This document shows, piece after piece, positions 1-14,441 of a stretch of DNA of 64,000 nucleotides (positions are counted from its first letter, which is position 1; each line of letters opens with the position of its first letter). Below the pieces are notes generated by a model that saw nothing but the letters and a program-made list of their open reading frames with translations, searched no databases and had not been told where the DNA came from. The stretch is from the human T2T-CHM13v2.0 reference genome, Homo sapiens. The stretch is from assembly GCF_009914755.1 (NCBI RefSeq), contig NC_060925.1. One strand, 5' to 3'. The position numbers were made by a program, and so were the translations under genes.

Positions 1-878
1 GAACTCAAACAAATTTACAAGAAAAAAACAAACAACCCCATCAAAAAGTGGACAAAGGATATGAACAGACACTTCTCAAAAGAAGACATTTATGCAGCCA
101 AAAGACACATGAAAAAATGCTCATCATCAATGGCCATCAGAGAAATGCAAATCAAAACCACAATAAGATACCATCTCACACCAGTTAGAATGGCGATCAT
201 TAAAAAGTTAGGAAACAACAGGTGCTGGAGAGGATGTGGAGAAATAGGAACACTTTTACACTGTTGGTGGGACTGTAAACTAGTTCAACCACTGTGGAAG
301 ACAGTGTGGCGATTCCTCAAGGATCTAAAACTAGAAACATCATTTGACCCAGCCATCCCATTACTGGATATATACCCAAAGGATTATAAATCATGCTGCT
401 ATAAAGACACATGCACACGTATGTTTATTGCGGCACTATTCACAATGGCAAAGACTTGGAACCAACCCAAATGTCCATCAATGATAGACTGGATTAAGAA
501 AAATGGCACATATACACCAAGGGATACTATGCAGCCATAAAAAAGGATGAGTTCATGTCCTTTGTAGGGACATGGATGAAGCTGAAACCATCATTCTGAG
601 CAAACTATCATAAGGACAGAGAACCAAACACTGCATGTTCGCACTCATGGGTGGGAACTGAACAATGAGAACACTTGGACATAGGGTGGGGTACATCACA
701 CACTGGGGCCTGTTGTGGGGTGGGGGTAGTGGGGAGGGATAGCATTAGGAGAAATAACTAATGTAAATGACGAGTTAATGGGTGTGGCAAACCAACATGG
801 CACATGTATACGTGTCTATGTAACAAACCTGCATGTTGTGCCCATGTACCCTAGAACTTAAAGTATAAAAAAAAAGAA
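1..878 (+). mobile_element. LINE-1 (L1PA5/L1PA6-like) 3' end: ORF2 C-terminus, 3'UTR and poly(A); continues beyond the window start
   Basis: ORF 61-540 is the L1 ORF2p C-terminal cysteine-rich region ([20 protein letters not shown]). G-rich 3'UTR tract at ~715-738; ends ACCCTAGAACTTAAAGTATA plus an A tract. Confidence 0.95.
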
Positions 879-1747
879 GAAATGGTGCCCTAATAATTGC
901 AGTTTAAGTGAGAATTTAATCTGGATAGTGAGGCAAGATAAGAATCAAATGTTTTTTAAAAATATATTTTGATTATTATAAAAGAGGAAAGTACAATATT
1001 ATCCTTTCTCATTTGAGTGGGTTTGAGAAAGACATTAAAATGGTATATATTTTTAATGAAGATAATCTTAAGGATAAATTTTCGATCACATTTCCTGTCA
1101 ATGTCCTGCATGTACCCTCCTCTCCAATTATACTGTAAAAATTACAGCTGGGGAAATTGTTGTTTTAGGCTCTTGCTGAACAATTGTCTATTTATTGCAT
1201 AAAGTGAATATCTGAAAACCATGCTGTGCCCAACCATGTATAAGAGAGAAAAACCCTACCAAGATGATCTGATCCTACATTCACTACCAAGTACACCATG
1301 TACAAGTTCTTATCTTCCTTTATCTCCCGTTCTGTTTTACTCCCTAATTAAGCTTTATCTGGTGGCATAAATAAAAGAAATTACCTCCAGTTAAGACCAC
1401 AAATTGCCTTTTGCTCAATTCTTATTTGCATTGTTTATGTGTGTGCTTTTATTAAGTGCTGTATACATCCCCAGAGCATTGCTAATAATGCTGGAATAAT
1501 AATGATGGAAGACAGCCTATTTTGAGCTCTACATTTATTCTTAGTATTTCAATAACATACAGCAGTGACAGGTAAACAGCCAATTACTATGGCTAATATT
1601 AAATACTTTTTTGTACATTTAAAAAACACATCATGGTTGAACTAGGAGAAAATCCAAACTGGTTGGAGTTTAAGATTGTGCTACACTGATTTGAAACATC
1701 ATTTATTTTCTTTAACTACCATTACCACCATCAAAATACTACTTTTC

Positions 1748-1911
1748 TTGTGGGGTGGGGGGAAGGGGGAGGGATAGCATTAGGAGATATACCTAATGTT
1801 AAATGACGACTTAATGGGTGCAGCACACCAACATGGCACATGTATACATATGTAACAAACCTGCACGTTGTGCACATGTACCCTAAAACTTAAAGTATAA
1901 TAATAAAAAAA
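1748..1911 (+). mobile_element. Severely 5'-truncated L1PA4-like insertion (~165 bp) with TSD
   Basis: L1PA 3'UTR terminus (TAATGTTAAATGAC...CCCTAAAACTTAAAGTATAATAATAAAAAAA); TSD ACTACTTTTC at 1738-1747 and 1912-1921. Confidence 0.93.
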
Positions 1912-3369
1912 ACTACTTTTCATATTTACTTTATTTTCTCCATGTTCTAAAAATAGAGCGTAACTCGTTTTGAAAATATTGTTCTTTTAAAGAGATTGTA
2001 ACTCTGATGAAAAACGAATATCTAGTTCAAAAGCACTTGTGTACGTATTTCGTATATTTAAAAATCTCATATGTTCTATAAATGCTTCATAAAGATGAAA
2101 TAACACCAAATACTACAAACCCTGTGACGACAAAAAAAAAAAAAAAAGCTACAGACACCAAATGAAGCTCTTAGTAATGGCTTTGAAAACAGTTTTTTAA
2201 TTTTCATTTCAGTCAGTTCTTATGTGTGTTTTCAGGAAAATCACTGAATATCAGCTGAAAATAGAAGTGGTTGCTTTTTTTGATTTTTAAATGATGTTAA
2301 GAAATGAAATGAAACACTATTAATTAAAAGTACTGCAGGAGGTAATGAAAATTATCACAATTGCAAACAGCAAATAAAACAATACATATAATTATAGGAG
2401 CCATTTCCATTTAATATCAAATAAAAAGTAGTCTGAGGGAAAAATAGCCTAATAAAAAGACACTGTGAAATCATTTATTGAGTATACTTTTATAAATATT
2501 TGGAACTTCAGATAGCCAAAGAAAGGGAAAAAAATACGTGAATAGAGGAGCAACAGGTTCATAGAAATTAGAACAGATCACATGCAGATCGAGGTTCTTG
2601 AATTGTTAACAGGGACATATTGTCACGTGTTAAAATATGACATAATCCATTATTTAACTAGATCCTTCTAACACATAGTAGTCTATAGTGAGAGAACCCA
2701 GGTAGTGGATCCCAATAGTGAGAGGAACCAGTAAGCAATACTGAGAGGACCCAGATAAAACCCCTAAATACATTACTTGGTAACATAAGCAGAATTGCAT
2801 GTTAAAAAATAGTTTTAAATACTCATAAATTAATGCCCGTGAAATGGAAAAATCCATTTTTTACTTCATGAATTTTTTACTTCATGAATGCAAATATTTG
2901 GGCAAATGAAGATAACAAAATGGTGAATCAGCACCTACTCGAACATTTATCTGTGGACTGAGGAATTAGAATCTTTATGAGAAATGACCCTTCCTAATGA
3001 AAGAGGAGGTTGAGTTGGTCCAGGGGTAATGAGGAGAAAAAAGATAGAAAAATTTGTACATAGTGTGCTGCAATATAACCCCCTTTTGCTGCCTTATCTG
3101 CCCTGTTCACCATTCAACCTCGTAGACATATGTCAACACTGGGAATTGAGAACGGTACACTACACCAAAAACCCCCAATAAATATTATTTTATTAAAATA
3201 TCTTGTAAACCAGATAGTTCAAACTACTTGGTAACTCCATCCACCCCTTCCTACTGTTTAAATTTATTTTTAATATCATGTAAAAGGTTAGTTAATACTA
3301 TCTTGGATAAGTATCAGCAAACTTCTACTTTTTTCCACTAAAAAAGTAGCATTCAATATTTCACCAATG

Positions 3370-5250
3370 AAATGAATTACATGGATAGACTTTCTAATTT
3401 TAAACAAACCTTACATTCCTGGAATAAACTTCATTTGGTAACGACGTAGTAGCCTATTTTGTATTGCTAGATTCTGTTTGCCAATATTTTTTCATATGAA
3501 TAATTTTCTTCACCTGTATTGTCCCTATATGATGAGTTATGCTGGTCTCATTATATGAGTAGTGCTCCCATTTTCTCAATTTTCTGAAAAAAATTGTATT
3601 AGTCTGATATTACTTTCTTTATAAATATTTAATAGAATTTTCCAGTAAAACCAACTAGGCCAGGAACTTTCTTTGAGGAAAGATTTTATTTGAAGTTGGG
3701 GGTTTTACATTAAACTTTTTTATTAATGTCTAAATTATCCTGTAGTGATCTGAAAATATATTTTGTATGATTTTATCTTTCAGAATTAATTACACTCTTA
3801 TAAGGCTCAGCAGATGTTCTATCATCATGAGTGTTCCAAATCTTAATTTAAAATTACATTTGACAATTGGGTGCCAGGTTCTATAGTTGTTACAATTATT
3901 CAAATATTTTATGTTATTGATATTTTTAGTCAGATTACTTGTTCTATCAAGTATCTCCTCTATTTACCACTTTTGGGAGTGGAAAGTATTGTTCTATGGA
4001 CTAAAATATGTACCCTTACTTGTTCATAGTCTATCCTGAATCAATGGTATACCACTTCATGAACATTTAAAAACCTCACAGTAGTATATTTTGCCCACTC
4101 TCAATTCTTATGATTTTTATTATATATTTTACTATGACAGCATTTATACTCTACTTAAATCAAGGTTATTATTTTTTTATTTAAATCAAAATGTTCTATT
4201 AATAAATTTAATAGTGTTTTTATATTTACTCATACAGCTTACCATTTAGGTTGCTTTCCATTTCTTCTTGTATGTATAGGTTTTATTCTATGATCTTTTA
4301 CCTTTACCCTGAGACACTTTTTTTTAATATGCCCTGTAGTGTGAGTGGCAACAAATTCTCTCAACTGTAGTTACACGAAAGTGTCTTCATTACACTTTCA
4401 TATTTAAAGGAGCTTTTCACCTTATATGGAATTCCAGATTGGCAATCTTTTTGGTTTCCATAAAATGTGCTTCTGTTGTTTCTGTTTGGATAGTTAAGAA
4501 TTCAGTCAATGTCTTTATTGTGGTTTTCTGTATGTAGTGTGTATTTTCCCCTTCCGATTACTTTACATATTTCTCTTTATCTTTGATTTTAAGAAGTTTG
4601 ACCATAATGTGCCTAGCTTTGCTTTTCTGTTTTTGTCATTTATCCTGTTTAAGGTTAGATGGGATTTTGGCTATCTGGATATGAATATATAATCTTGGAA
4701 AAATTGGGCATTATTTACTCAAGTATAATTTTCTTCCCCACTCCCTCATTTATTCTATTCATGCTTCAATTACACATTTGCTTAATTAATTGACATTGCT
4801 CAAAAGATAACTTATTTTCTATTCATTTTTAAAAATCTTTTTCTCTTTTTGCTTGACTTCGTATAAATTTCTATTGGTATGCCAATTTTATTATGCAATA
4901 CCTAATTTTTCCCTTGAGCTGATCTGGTGAATTTTTTTTTCATTTTGGATGTCATATTTTTTAGCTCTAGAACCTTTATATTTTATATATTCCAATTCCC
5001 TCTTCCAGTTTTCTTTTGTAATTTTACTAATATTTCTAATAATTGTGGTAATATCTTTGTGGCTTAATTTCAGCATTTCTGTAATTTCTTGGTTTCTGTT
5101 TGCTGATTTTTTCCCTAATCATGTAACACATTCTCCTTTCCAGTTCTGTTTTCATAATTAATGTTGTGATATCATACACTGAGTGCATGCCTTATGTTGC
5201 TTTATTTTTGATTGTATACATTTTTGGCTAACATTATTTATTTGTCTAAC
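3370..5250 (-). mobile_element. Highly diverged old L1M fragments (ORF2/ORF1 region)
   Basis: T-rich strand bias and degenerate antisense L1 motifs, e.g. AAACAAACCTTACATTCCTGGAATAAACTTCATTTGG; boundaries approximate. Confidence 0.6.
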
Positions 5251-7798
5251 ATCTAGATCATTCCTACACTTGATTTTTAATTTTTAAAAATTGAGATATA
5301 ACTCACATGCCATAAACTGTATCCCTTTAAAGTGTAGAATTCAGTGAAATTTAGTGTATTCTACAGTTATGCAATCATCGCTGATATCTAATACCAGAAC
5401 ATTCTCATCACCCTCAAAAACGTCCATGGCACCCACTAATCATTCTCTCTATATACATTTGCCTATTATGAATATTTCACATAAATGGAATCATAGGATG
5501 TGTGGCCTTTTTTGTCAGACTTCTTTCATATAATGTTTTCAAGTGTCATCTATGTAATAGCATGTATCAGTGTATATTCACTTTTGATGGCTGATTTCTA
5601 TTCCTTTGTATGGTTGTACCAATTTATGATTGCCCATTAATTGATTAATGGAAATTTGATTTGTTTCCATTTTTTGGTTATTGTAAATAATGCTGCAGTT
5701 AACATTTGTGTACAAGTTTTCATATGAACATAGGTTTTCTATTCTCTTGGATATATAAAAGTGGAAATGTTGGGCCATATGCTAACAATGTTTAAGATTT
5801 TTACAAAAAGTCAAATTGTTTTCTCAACTAGTGGTACCATTTTACCTTTTCACCAGCAACAGGTGTGAGTTCCAATTTCTTCTTGCACTCATCAAAAGTT
5901 GTTTTATCTGTCTTTTTGACCAGAACCATACTATTGAGTGTGAACTGGTATCTCATTTGATATGCATTTCTCTACTAACTAATGATATGTACATATTTTC
6001 ATGTTCTCATCAGTCATTTGTGTATTTCTTTGGAGAAATATCTATTCAAATTTGTTTTCCATTTTCTATTTTTTTGTCTTTTTAATTTGTTGAGTCGTGA
6101 GAGTTCTTTATATATTATGGATAATAGTCTTTTAACAGTTATATGACTTACAAATGCTTTTGCCACTTCTCTGAGTTGTCTTTTCATTTTTTTGAATGTA
6201 ACCTTTCAAAAGAAGTTTCTATTCTGATGAGGTAAAATTTATCTATATTTTTCTTTTGTCATTTGTGCTTTTGGTGGCATATCCAAGAAACCATTTCTCA
6301 CTATAAGGTTACAAAGATTTAGGCCTATGTTTTCTTAAAAAGAGTTTTAAAGTTTTAGCTCTAACATTTAGGTTTTTGATCTGTTTTGAGATAATTTTTA
6401 TATAATATGCAGTAGAAATCCAGTTTCATAATTTTGCATGTGGATATCAAGTTGTCTCAGCACCACTTGCTGAAAAGACTATTTTTTTCCACATAACATT
6501 GCCTTGAAACCCTTGTTAATATTCAACTAATTTGTGAGGACATAATTCTGCACTATAACTTTTATTCCATTGATATATATGTTTATCCTCATACAACTGC
6601 TATACTGCCTTGAATAAGGTAGATTTGTAGCAGGTTTTGAAATCAGTAAGTGTGTAAATTCTAACTTTATTTTTCGTTTTCAAGATTGTTTTGACTACTT
6701 GGAGTCCTTTGTATTTCCAAATGAATTTTGTATTAGCTTGTCAATTTCTGTAAAAAACATAGCTGGAATTCTGATAGCGATTGTGTTGAACTGGTGAAAT
6801 GTTGTCATGAGTCTTTTGATCCATGAACATGAGGTTTCTTTTCATTCAAATCTTTAATTCCTTTCCATCATATTTTCTAGCTTTCAGTGTGTACGTTTTT
6901 GTTTTTCTGTCAAATATATTTCTAATCATTTTATTCTTTTTAATACTGATGTAGATAGAATTGTTTATTAATTTTATCTTAGTATTTATTGGCTATAGAA
7001 ATACAATTGATTGTTATATATTGACCTTTTTTCCTGCTCCATTGTTATATATTTTTTCCTAAATATAATATAACAGATTCGGTTATCTGCAAAAAGAGAT
7101 AACTTTATTTCTTCATTTTTAAACTGGAGGTTTTAATTTCATTTTCCTGCCTAATTGCACTAGCTAGAACCGCTAGTATTATGTTGAATAAAAGTAACGA
7201 GAGTGATCATCTTTGTTTTATTTCTGGTCTTAGGAGGAAAACAGTGTTTTGCCATTAAACTATGATGTTAGTGGTGGGTTTTTCATAGATACCTTTTCAG
7301 CTTTAGGATGTTCCCTTATATTCCTAATGTGTAGAGCATTTTTATGAGAAAAGGGGTGTCAGATTTTTATCAAGTGCCGTTTCAATGTCTATTGATATGA
7401 CCTTTTGATTTTCATTTTTATTCTATTAATTTGACACTATACATTGACTAATTTTCATATATTGAAGCAACCTTGTATGCCTGAGTTAAATTTCAACTGG
7501 TCATGTTGTATAATGCTTTTTACATGTTGCTGGATTTAATTTGTTCATATTTTGTTTACTATATTTGTTTTTATATTCTCATAGGGCATTGGTCTGTGAT
7601 TTTCTTGCCCTTTGATGTGGTTGTTCAGTTTGGCATCAGGATAATACTGAATGAGTTGATATGTGATCCTTCCTCTTTTATTATTTAGAATAGCTTGTGA
7701 ATGATTGGTATTAATTATTCTCTATTTGTTAGAATTTAGCAGTGTATCCATCTAGGCCTGAGCTTTCCTTTGTTGGAAGTTTTTACATTATTACTAGT

Positions 7799-8261
7799 TG
7801 CTATGATTTGAATATGGTTTGTCCCCACCAAAACTCATATTGAGGCTTGATCTCTAGTGTAACAGTGTGGTGTTGAAAGTTGGTTGAAAGGTGGTGAGAC
7901 ATTTAAGAGGCTTTTTCTGTCTGTCTTAAGGGGTCTACTTTCATGAAGTGATTAATCCCACCTCATGGGCGGAGGTGGGTGTTCTCGATCTCAAGGGATT
8001 GAATTAGCTACTTCAGGAGCAGTTTGTTATAAAACAAGGTCACCCTGGTGTGTCTTTTTTGCAGGTGTCAGCTTGCTGCTTTCACACATGATCCTGCCAT
8101 GTGATGACCTCTTCTATGTTATGAAGTAGCATGAGATCCTTACCAAATGGAGCCACCCTATCTTGAATTTTCCAGACTCTAGAATCATGAGTAAAATAAA
8201 CCTCTTTATTACCTAGCATCTGATATTCTGTTACAGCAACAGAATAACATGGACTAATACA
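7799..8261 (+). mobile_element. MaLR solo LTR (MST family)
   Basis: Starts TGCTATGATTTGAATATGGTTTGTCCCC, has AATAAA near 8196, ends GGACTAATACA. Confidence 0.85.
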
Positions 8262-8284
8262 CTGCTAGTTCTTTTAACGTTTGT

Positions 8285-8287
8285 ATT

Positions 8288-8325
<38 letters not shown>

Positions 8326-8613
8326 AGAAATGGTTTCACTGGCTTACCCAGGCTGGAGTACAGTGGTGCAATCACAACTCACTGCAACCTCAAACTCCTG
8401 GGCTCAAGTGATCGTCCCACCTCAGCCTCTTGAGTAGCTGGGACTACAGGCACAGGCCACGATACTGGCTATTTATTTTTATTTTTATTTTTTTGTAGAG
8501 AAAAGGTCTCTCTGTGTTGGCCAGGAAGGCCTCAAACACCTAGCCTCACATGATCCTTCTGCCTTAGCTTCCTAAAGTGCTGGGATTACAGGTGTGAGCC
8601 ACTACACCCAGCC
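8285..8613 (-). mobile_element. AluJ (Jo/Jr-like) with a (TTTA)n-derived tail
   Basis: Antisense dimeric Alu; J-type CTCAAACTCCTGGGCTCAAGTGATC; ends GTGAGCCACTACACCCAGCC. Confidence 0.92.
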
Positions 8614-10174
8614 TCTTCAATTTTTACAGCTCTATTCAGATAATCTCTTTCTTCAAGTCAGTTTCCGTAGTTTATGTCATTTTCATAATTTGTTCATTTC
8701 ATATAATTTATTTAATTTGTAGGCATATGTTTGTTCATAGTTTTTACTTATCCTTTTTATTTCTAAGTGATCAGTATTAATTTCTTCTCATTCATTTCTG
8801 ATTTTAATAATTTGAATCTTCTCTCTTTTTTTTCTTAGTCATTATAGCCGAGGTCTTGTAATTTTGATGATCATTTCAAATAATCAATTTTTGGTTTTAT
8901 TGATTTTCTCTATAGTTTTCCTATTATGTATTTTATGTATTTCCACCCAAATATTATTTTCTTCCTTTTGTTGTTTTGGATTTGGTTTGCACTTCATTTT
9001 AGTTTCTTAGGGTGGAATGTTAGGCTATTGACATAAAATTATTCTTCTTTTTCAAAATAGGCATTTACAGACATAAATTCCTTCCCAACTACTGTTTTAG
9101 CCACACCCTGTATGTTCTACTTTCATTTTCAATTATCTCCAAATATTTTCAAATTTCTTTTGTCATTTTTTTATACTCATTGTTTAAGAGCATGTGCTTT
9201 AATTTCCACATATCTGTGAATTTTTCAAATTTTCTTCTTTTTTTAAATTTTTACTTTTTTGTGGTTGAATAACATACTTTGATTTCAATTCTTTTAAATT
9301 TAATGAGGTTTGCTTTGAAGTCTATTATATATGGTCTAGCTGGACAACATTCTGTGTATGTTTGTAAAAATGTGTATTCTGCTGTTTTATATATGTCTAT
9401 TTTGTGAAGTGTTCTGTATGCTTTGGTTCTAAATAATTTCTAGTGTTATTTAAGACTTTTATTTTCTTGCTGACCTTCTGTTTATTGTTCTATCCATTAT
9501 TGAAATTAGGGTTTTGATTTTTCCAAATATTATTGTTGAATTGTTTCTTATTGTAATTCTTTCAGTTTTGTTTCACATACTTTTCACCTCTATATCTAGG
9601 CATTACGTTCACAGCTGTTACAACTTATTTATGGATTGACTCTGTGCCCTTTTATCATTATAAAAATATTTCCTATTTTTAGTAGCAATTATTTTTTCCC
9701 AATGTATATTTTATCTAATATGATAGCCACTTCCATTCTCTTTTAGTTACCATTAACATAATATATCTTTAATATATTTTTACTTTCAAGTGTTATGAAT
9801 TTTTTAAAATATAAATTTTGTTTCTGACACACAGCATACAATTGTATAGTATTTTTCAGACATTCTTTTATTTTTCTTTAAATCTCTGAGTCTTTTTGCT
9901 CTATTACTAACTATAGTGGATTAAATTTTAATTTCTAGAGATTACAATTAATTTCTTAATTTACAATAATCTAGTTTGTATTACTACCAAATTAATTGCA
10001 ATTTCAGTAGTTTAGAAAAACTTTATGTGGTTTCAACCACTCTCCTTTGTGTTATTATTGTACAAATAATATTTTTATACATTGTATAAATTTTTTACAT
10101 GTATAGATTTATACATGAATATAAATTTATAATTATCACTTTAAGTAGTTTTCTTTGTTAAATTTTCCTTTTTA

Positions 10175-10252
10175 ATTTTTTAAAAATAGTTTCTATTTTT
10201 TAGAGCAGTTTTAGGTTCACAGCAAAATTGAGTGGAAAACAAAGAGACATCT
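10175..10252 (-). mobile_element. Short L1MC-type 3' terminal fragment
   Basis: TTTAGAGCAGTTTTAGGTTCACAG is the reverse complement of the L1MC1-type terminus seen in this window at ~51543-51566. Confidence 0.7.
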
Positions 10253-11874
10253 GTGATTTTTTTTTATGCAATTGTCTTTTAGACCAAATAGCACAGAAAA
10301 AGTGCTAGTAATAAAAATTTTACATTACACTGCATTTTATATTTACCTATTAATATTCTTTATCTGTGCTTTTTATTTATTCACATGGATTGAAGATAGT
10401 AGTTAATGTCCCTTTGTGTCAGCATATTAGACTTCCGTTAGTATTTCTTGTACGGTAGGTCTGGTAGACACATATTTTGTCAGTTATTGATCTGAGAATC
10501 TCTTATTTTTTTCTTAATTTTTGAAGAATAAGCTTACTGGACTTAGAATTCACGGTCAACAGTCTTTTTAGCTAAGTTCTTTGACTATATCATCACACTG
10601 TCTTTTTGCATACATAATTTCTAATTATAAATCAGCACTTTACCTTATTAAGGATTTCCTGTATGTGATGAACTACTTCTCTTTAGTGGCTTTCAAGATT
10701 CTCTTTTTGTCTTTGGATTTCAACAGTTTAATTTTGATGTGTATAGGTGTTAATCTCTTTTGAGTTTATTACTAATTGCAGTCTATCTGGCTTCTGGAAT
10801 GTGTATTGTTTTTCATCAAATGTGAGATGCTTTCAGCTATTATTTTTGGAATTTTTTTTCTCTTTTCTCTCTTTCCTTATGGGAAACACACTATATGTAC
10901 ATTGGTACGTTTGATTGTATCCTGCAGTTCTCTGAGAATCTGTTCCATTTTCTTCATTCTTTTTTTTTTTTTCCTCTTCCTCTGACTGGATAAAATCTAA
11001 CAATAAATCAAATTTTCAAGTTTGCTGATTTTTTTATTCTGCCATCTCAAATTTCTAGGCTTGATTTAAGCACTGTTAGTGCAGTAAATAGCTTTTTGTT
11101 TTGTTTTGTTTTCTTTCTTGAGCAGGCTTAATCTAACGTTAAGGGCCTTTTTATTTTTCATTTTCTTTTGGGTTTGCACTAGATGCTTTCAGCATTGTAT
11201 AAAGTCTCTTCTCTCTGGTTTACCAAAATTTAACTGTTTTCTATCCCAGTAAAATATTTGAAATTGTTTTGATTACATCTCCCAAGTAGTTTTAATTTTC
11301 TGGCTTCCTGGAGTTTTTCTTCTATGATTATATAGCTTAATTTAGAGCAAAATCATCAATGGTATATCTGTGGAGATTTCTGTAACTCTTATGTTTAGGT
11401 CCCTCTTCTCTAGCATTTTGTTTCCAAAATTCCACCTACTTTATCCCCTCGTATGTCTTACCTGTCTCTTCAACTACTATGCTCTGCCTGTGATCTCTTT
11501 CCCTGCATGTGGTACAAAAATGGCCTCTCAGTGGAAGTTAAGGTGATGATAAGGCTCTACTTCTTAGTTTTTCCTAAGTTATCACAATTATGCACTATTA
11601 TTGTCTAATATTTGGAAATAGTTGCTTTATATACTTAGTAAAGCTTTTTAATTTTTTAAACTAGAAAAGAATTACAGCATCAGTGCTTCATCACCACGGA
11701 AATGGAAATTTTTCATTTGTTAAAAATAAAAGCTAAATATTTTATTTAGCTAGTCCACTGATGAGCCCCTGGGTATTTTAAATCTGATTCAAACCATTTC
11801 TTTATGCCAAAGATAAGATTGTATGAATACAGGTGAGATATTTGAAGAAGGGTTAAAATATATGGACAACTTCA

Positions 11875-12201
<327 letters not shown>

Positions 12202-12249
12202 TTATGCATGTGACCATTTACAGATGCCTGAGGGAGAATCAATCTAAAT

Positions 12250-12760
12250 GATTAACTCATTCAATGAATATATTTTGAATCCAGACATTGTGATACACTA
12301 AATAATTTGGAGAGATGAGTATTAATCTATATAAATATATGATTACTAACTGCAATCAGTAGCATAAGAGGATATTACAGTAAACTCTAGAATTTTGTAA
12401 CTTAGGTTCTCATTTCATTGTGTGTAGGAGAGAGGCTATGCAGAAAGTTTTTCTCATGGAAGTGGCTTTGAATTGAGATCTAAAGTGTAAGTAGGAGTTA
12501 ACTAGATAAAAGAAAATAATTCGTTTTTGAGATGAGGAATCTGTGTGTGCAAGGATTTGAAACCAGAATGCATGATTGTCCAAAACACCTAAAAATAAGA
12601 GAGTGTGGATAGCATATAGAAGAGCAGAAAAGTGTCATGGAAGAAATTCAGCTGTCGGCAACTGTAAAATCATCAGGGTTTTCATTCTATGAATAATTGA
12701 AGGCAATCACAAGTTTTAAGCAGGAGCATCACATGACCATATCTTATATTTAGACATTTT
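12250..12760 (-). mobile_element. LINE-2 3' fragment
   Basis: Antisense L2 terminus (TCATTCAATGAATATATTTTGAAT) and internal L2-like motifs (GTTTTAAGCAGGAG...CACATGACCA). Confidence 0.6.
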
Positions 12761-13351
12761 TATGTCTTTAGTTTTTTAGTTATACATTTTCCTTAGTTTT
12801 TTTAAATCATTCACCTATATTTTATCTATAATAAGTAAGATGTGTATTGTTAAGAAATAAAAACGTATCATTTTTACTTGGCTTTTCCTGACCTTATGAT
12901 TTTCCTTTGAAGAAGTGATTACTTGCTACATTTTTCCCCATAGAAATTTTTATCATAATTTGCATTATTTTATTATAGCATTTTATTTGTTTATGTAAAT
13001 GAACTTTTTTCATTCTAAAATACATGCCTGGAATTGAGAAGCTAGTCTTAATAGTCCTCTGTAGCTTATAAACATGGAATAATGAATAAAAAGTACGACA
13101 TCTAAACTCTTTTGTGTTTGCTGAATAAATTGAAAATTATTTTGTGGCACTGTCTTCTATAATGGTTGATTTAGAATATTCAAGTGGGGAAATGTTTGTG
13201 TATGTTCTGTATATTTGTCTTGTGCAAAAACTGTATAATTAAAATAAACTCTTTGGAATTTGAACAGAAAAAAGAAGAATAAATAAACAAATATGTTGTG
13301 TAACAACCTTCAGGCATCTGCGGCAAAAAGTTGTGGTAAATTACAATAGTG

Positions 13352-13419
13352 ATAAAATGATAAAAAAGTCTTAGGAATAAAATGATAAATAAAATGATAA
13401 AAAAGTCTTAGGAATAAAA
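13352..13419. repeat. Direct tandem duplication, 31-bp perfect unit, period 37
   Basis: ATAAAATGATAAAAAAGTCTTAGGAATAAAA at 13352-13382 and 13389-13419. Confidence 0.9.
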
Positions 13420-14441
13420 CATAACGACTAATATTTTGGCATTGTGCATCTGCTACGTAAGTCAGTCATGAACGTTTTTAGAGGGACTGAGTTAATATAA
13501 AATTACAACCATGATATAGTAAAGTAACTCAGAATTCCCAGTGAAATTGAGATGGCCCTATTTGATGTCTTTAATTGCAGTTATCTGGGATTAATTATGT
13601 AACTTTAAAAAATCAATATGTAATTCTACAATCTTAAAATGAATACATTTTTAATGTAACTGCTGCTTTAAGGTCAAAACTTAGCCGACATATTTAATTG
13701 AAAATGTTGGAACATGTACCTGGACACATTTGGTGCAATATAGATCTTAAACTCTTTAATTAGACATTTTCATAACATAACATTATTACATAAGACTATA
13801 TCTTCCTAAATTGTCAACTTATTTGGTTTTACTTTTTCTTTGCTTTCTCATTTCAAAACTTTATTTTTTTTTACCAATCTTTAGTTATTACATCTTTCAA
13901 TATTACATTTCTTTCTAAAGACACTAGGAATCGGTGACTATTTAACATAAATTGTGCAATTTAACAGCATAACCATATAAACCTCAGCCATAAATAAAGT
14001 GCTAAAATAAGCTCTGACATCATACATAGGTTTGATTCATTTGTACTTACTATATCCCCATGTTTTTCAGTTATGTTATTACCAAGAAGTATGTTTGATG
14101 CTATGGTTTGACAGTTTAAGATTTCCCAGTGTTTGAAGTCCCAGGGTTTCATCACAAGGTCACTCTCTTGCTATAATTAGTTATCACAATATATGAACTT
14201 CCCTTCTGAGAGTAATGAATGAATTTGTTTCTAAAGTCCTTATTCTCCTAACGTCTATTACCTGCCACTTGGACTCCATACATTAGAACTCATCCTCATT
14301 TGCCAGGTTCTTTGCCTGGTTTTCTGAACATCTCTTACTCAAAAGGTTTTTATTCTGGTGCATGACCTTTTGTTGTCCAGGTGTCATAGAGTCTGGTCAT
14401 CTTCAATACCCACTTGTTATTTCTTCAGTTCATATTTGGCT

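Larger units (their letters stand above)
5290..11060 (-). mobile_element. Old L1 (L1MB/L1ME1-like), 3' end at left, interrupted by an MST LTR, an AluJ and an L1MC tail fragment
   Basis: Antisense L1M 3' terminus TTGAGATATAACTCACATGCCATAAA...; ORF2 antisense motifs (CATGTGGATATCAAGTTGTCTCAGCACCACTTGCTGAAAAGAC) in collinear order through to ORF1-like sequence near 10.4-11 kb. Confidence 0.8.

Noticed and set aside
61-540. 159-aa ORF as a host gene
   Set aside because: It is the L1 ORF2p C-terminus within an L1PA 3' fragment.
715-738. G-quadruplex-like tracts (also ~1752-1773 and ~48934-48954)
   Set aside because: Standard L1PA 3'UTR G-rich tract, not specific to this locus.
2132-2147. Isolated poly(A) tract as a processed pseudogene or retroposon tail
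   Set aside because: No recognisable element body, nearby polyA signal or TSD.
13961-14155. Minus-strand ORF with a GTAAGT donor-like site near 14050
   Set aside because: No recognisable homology and no convincing acceptor; single donor motifs are common.
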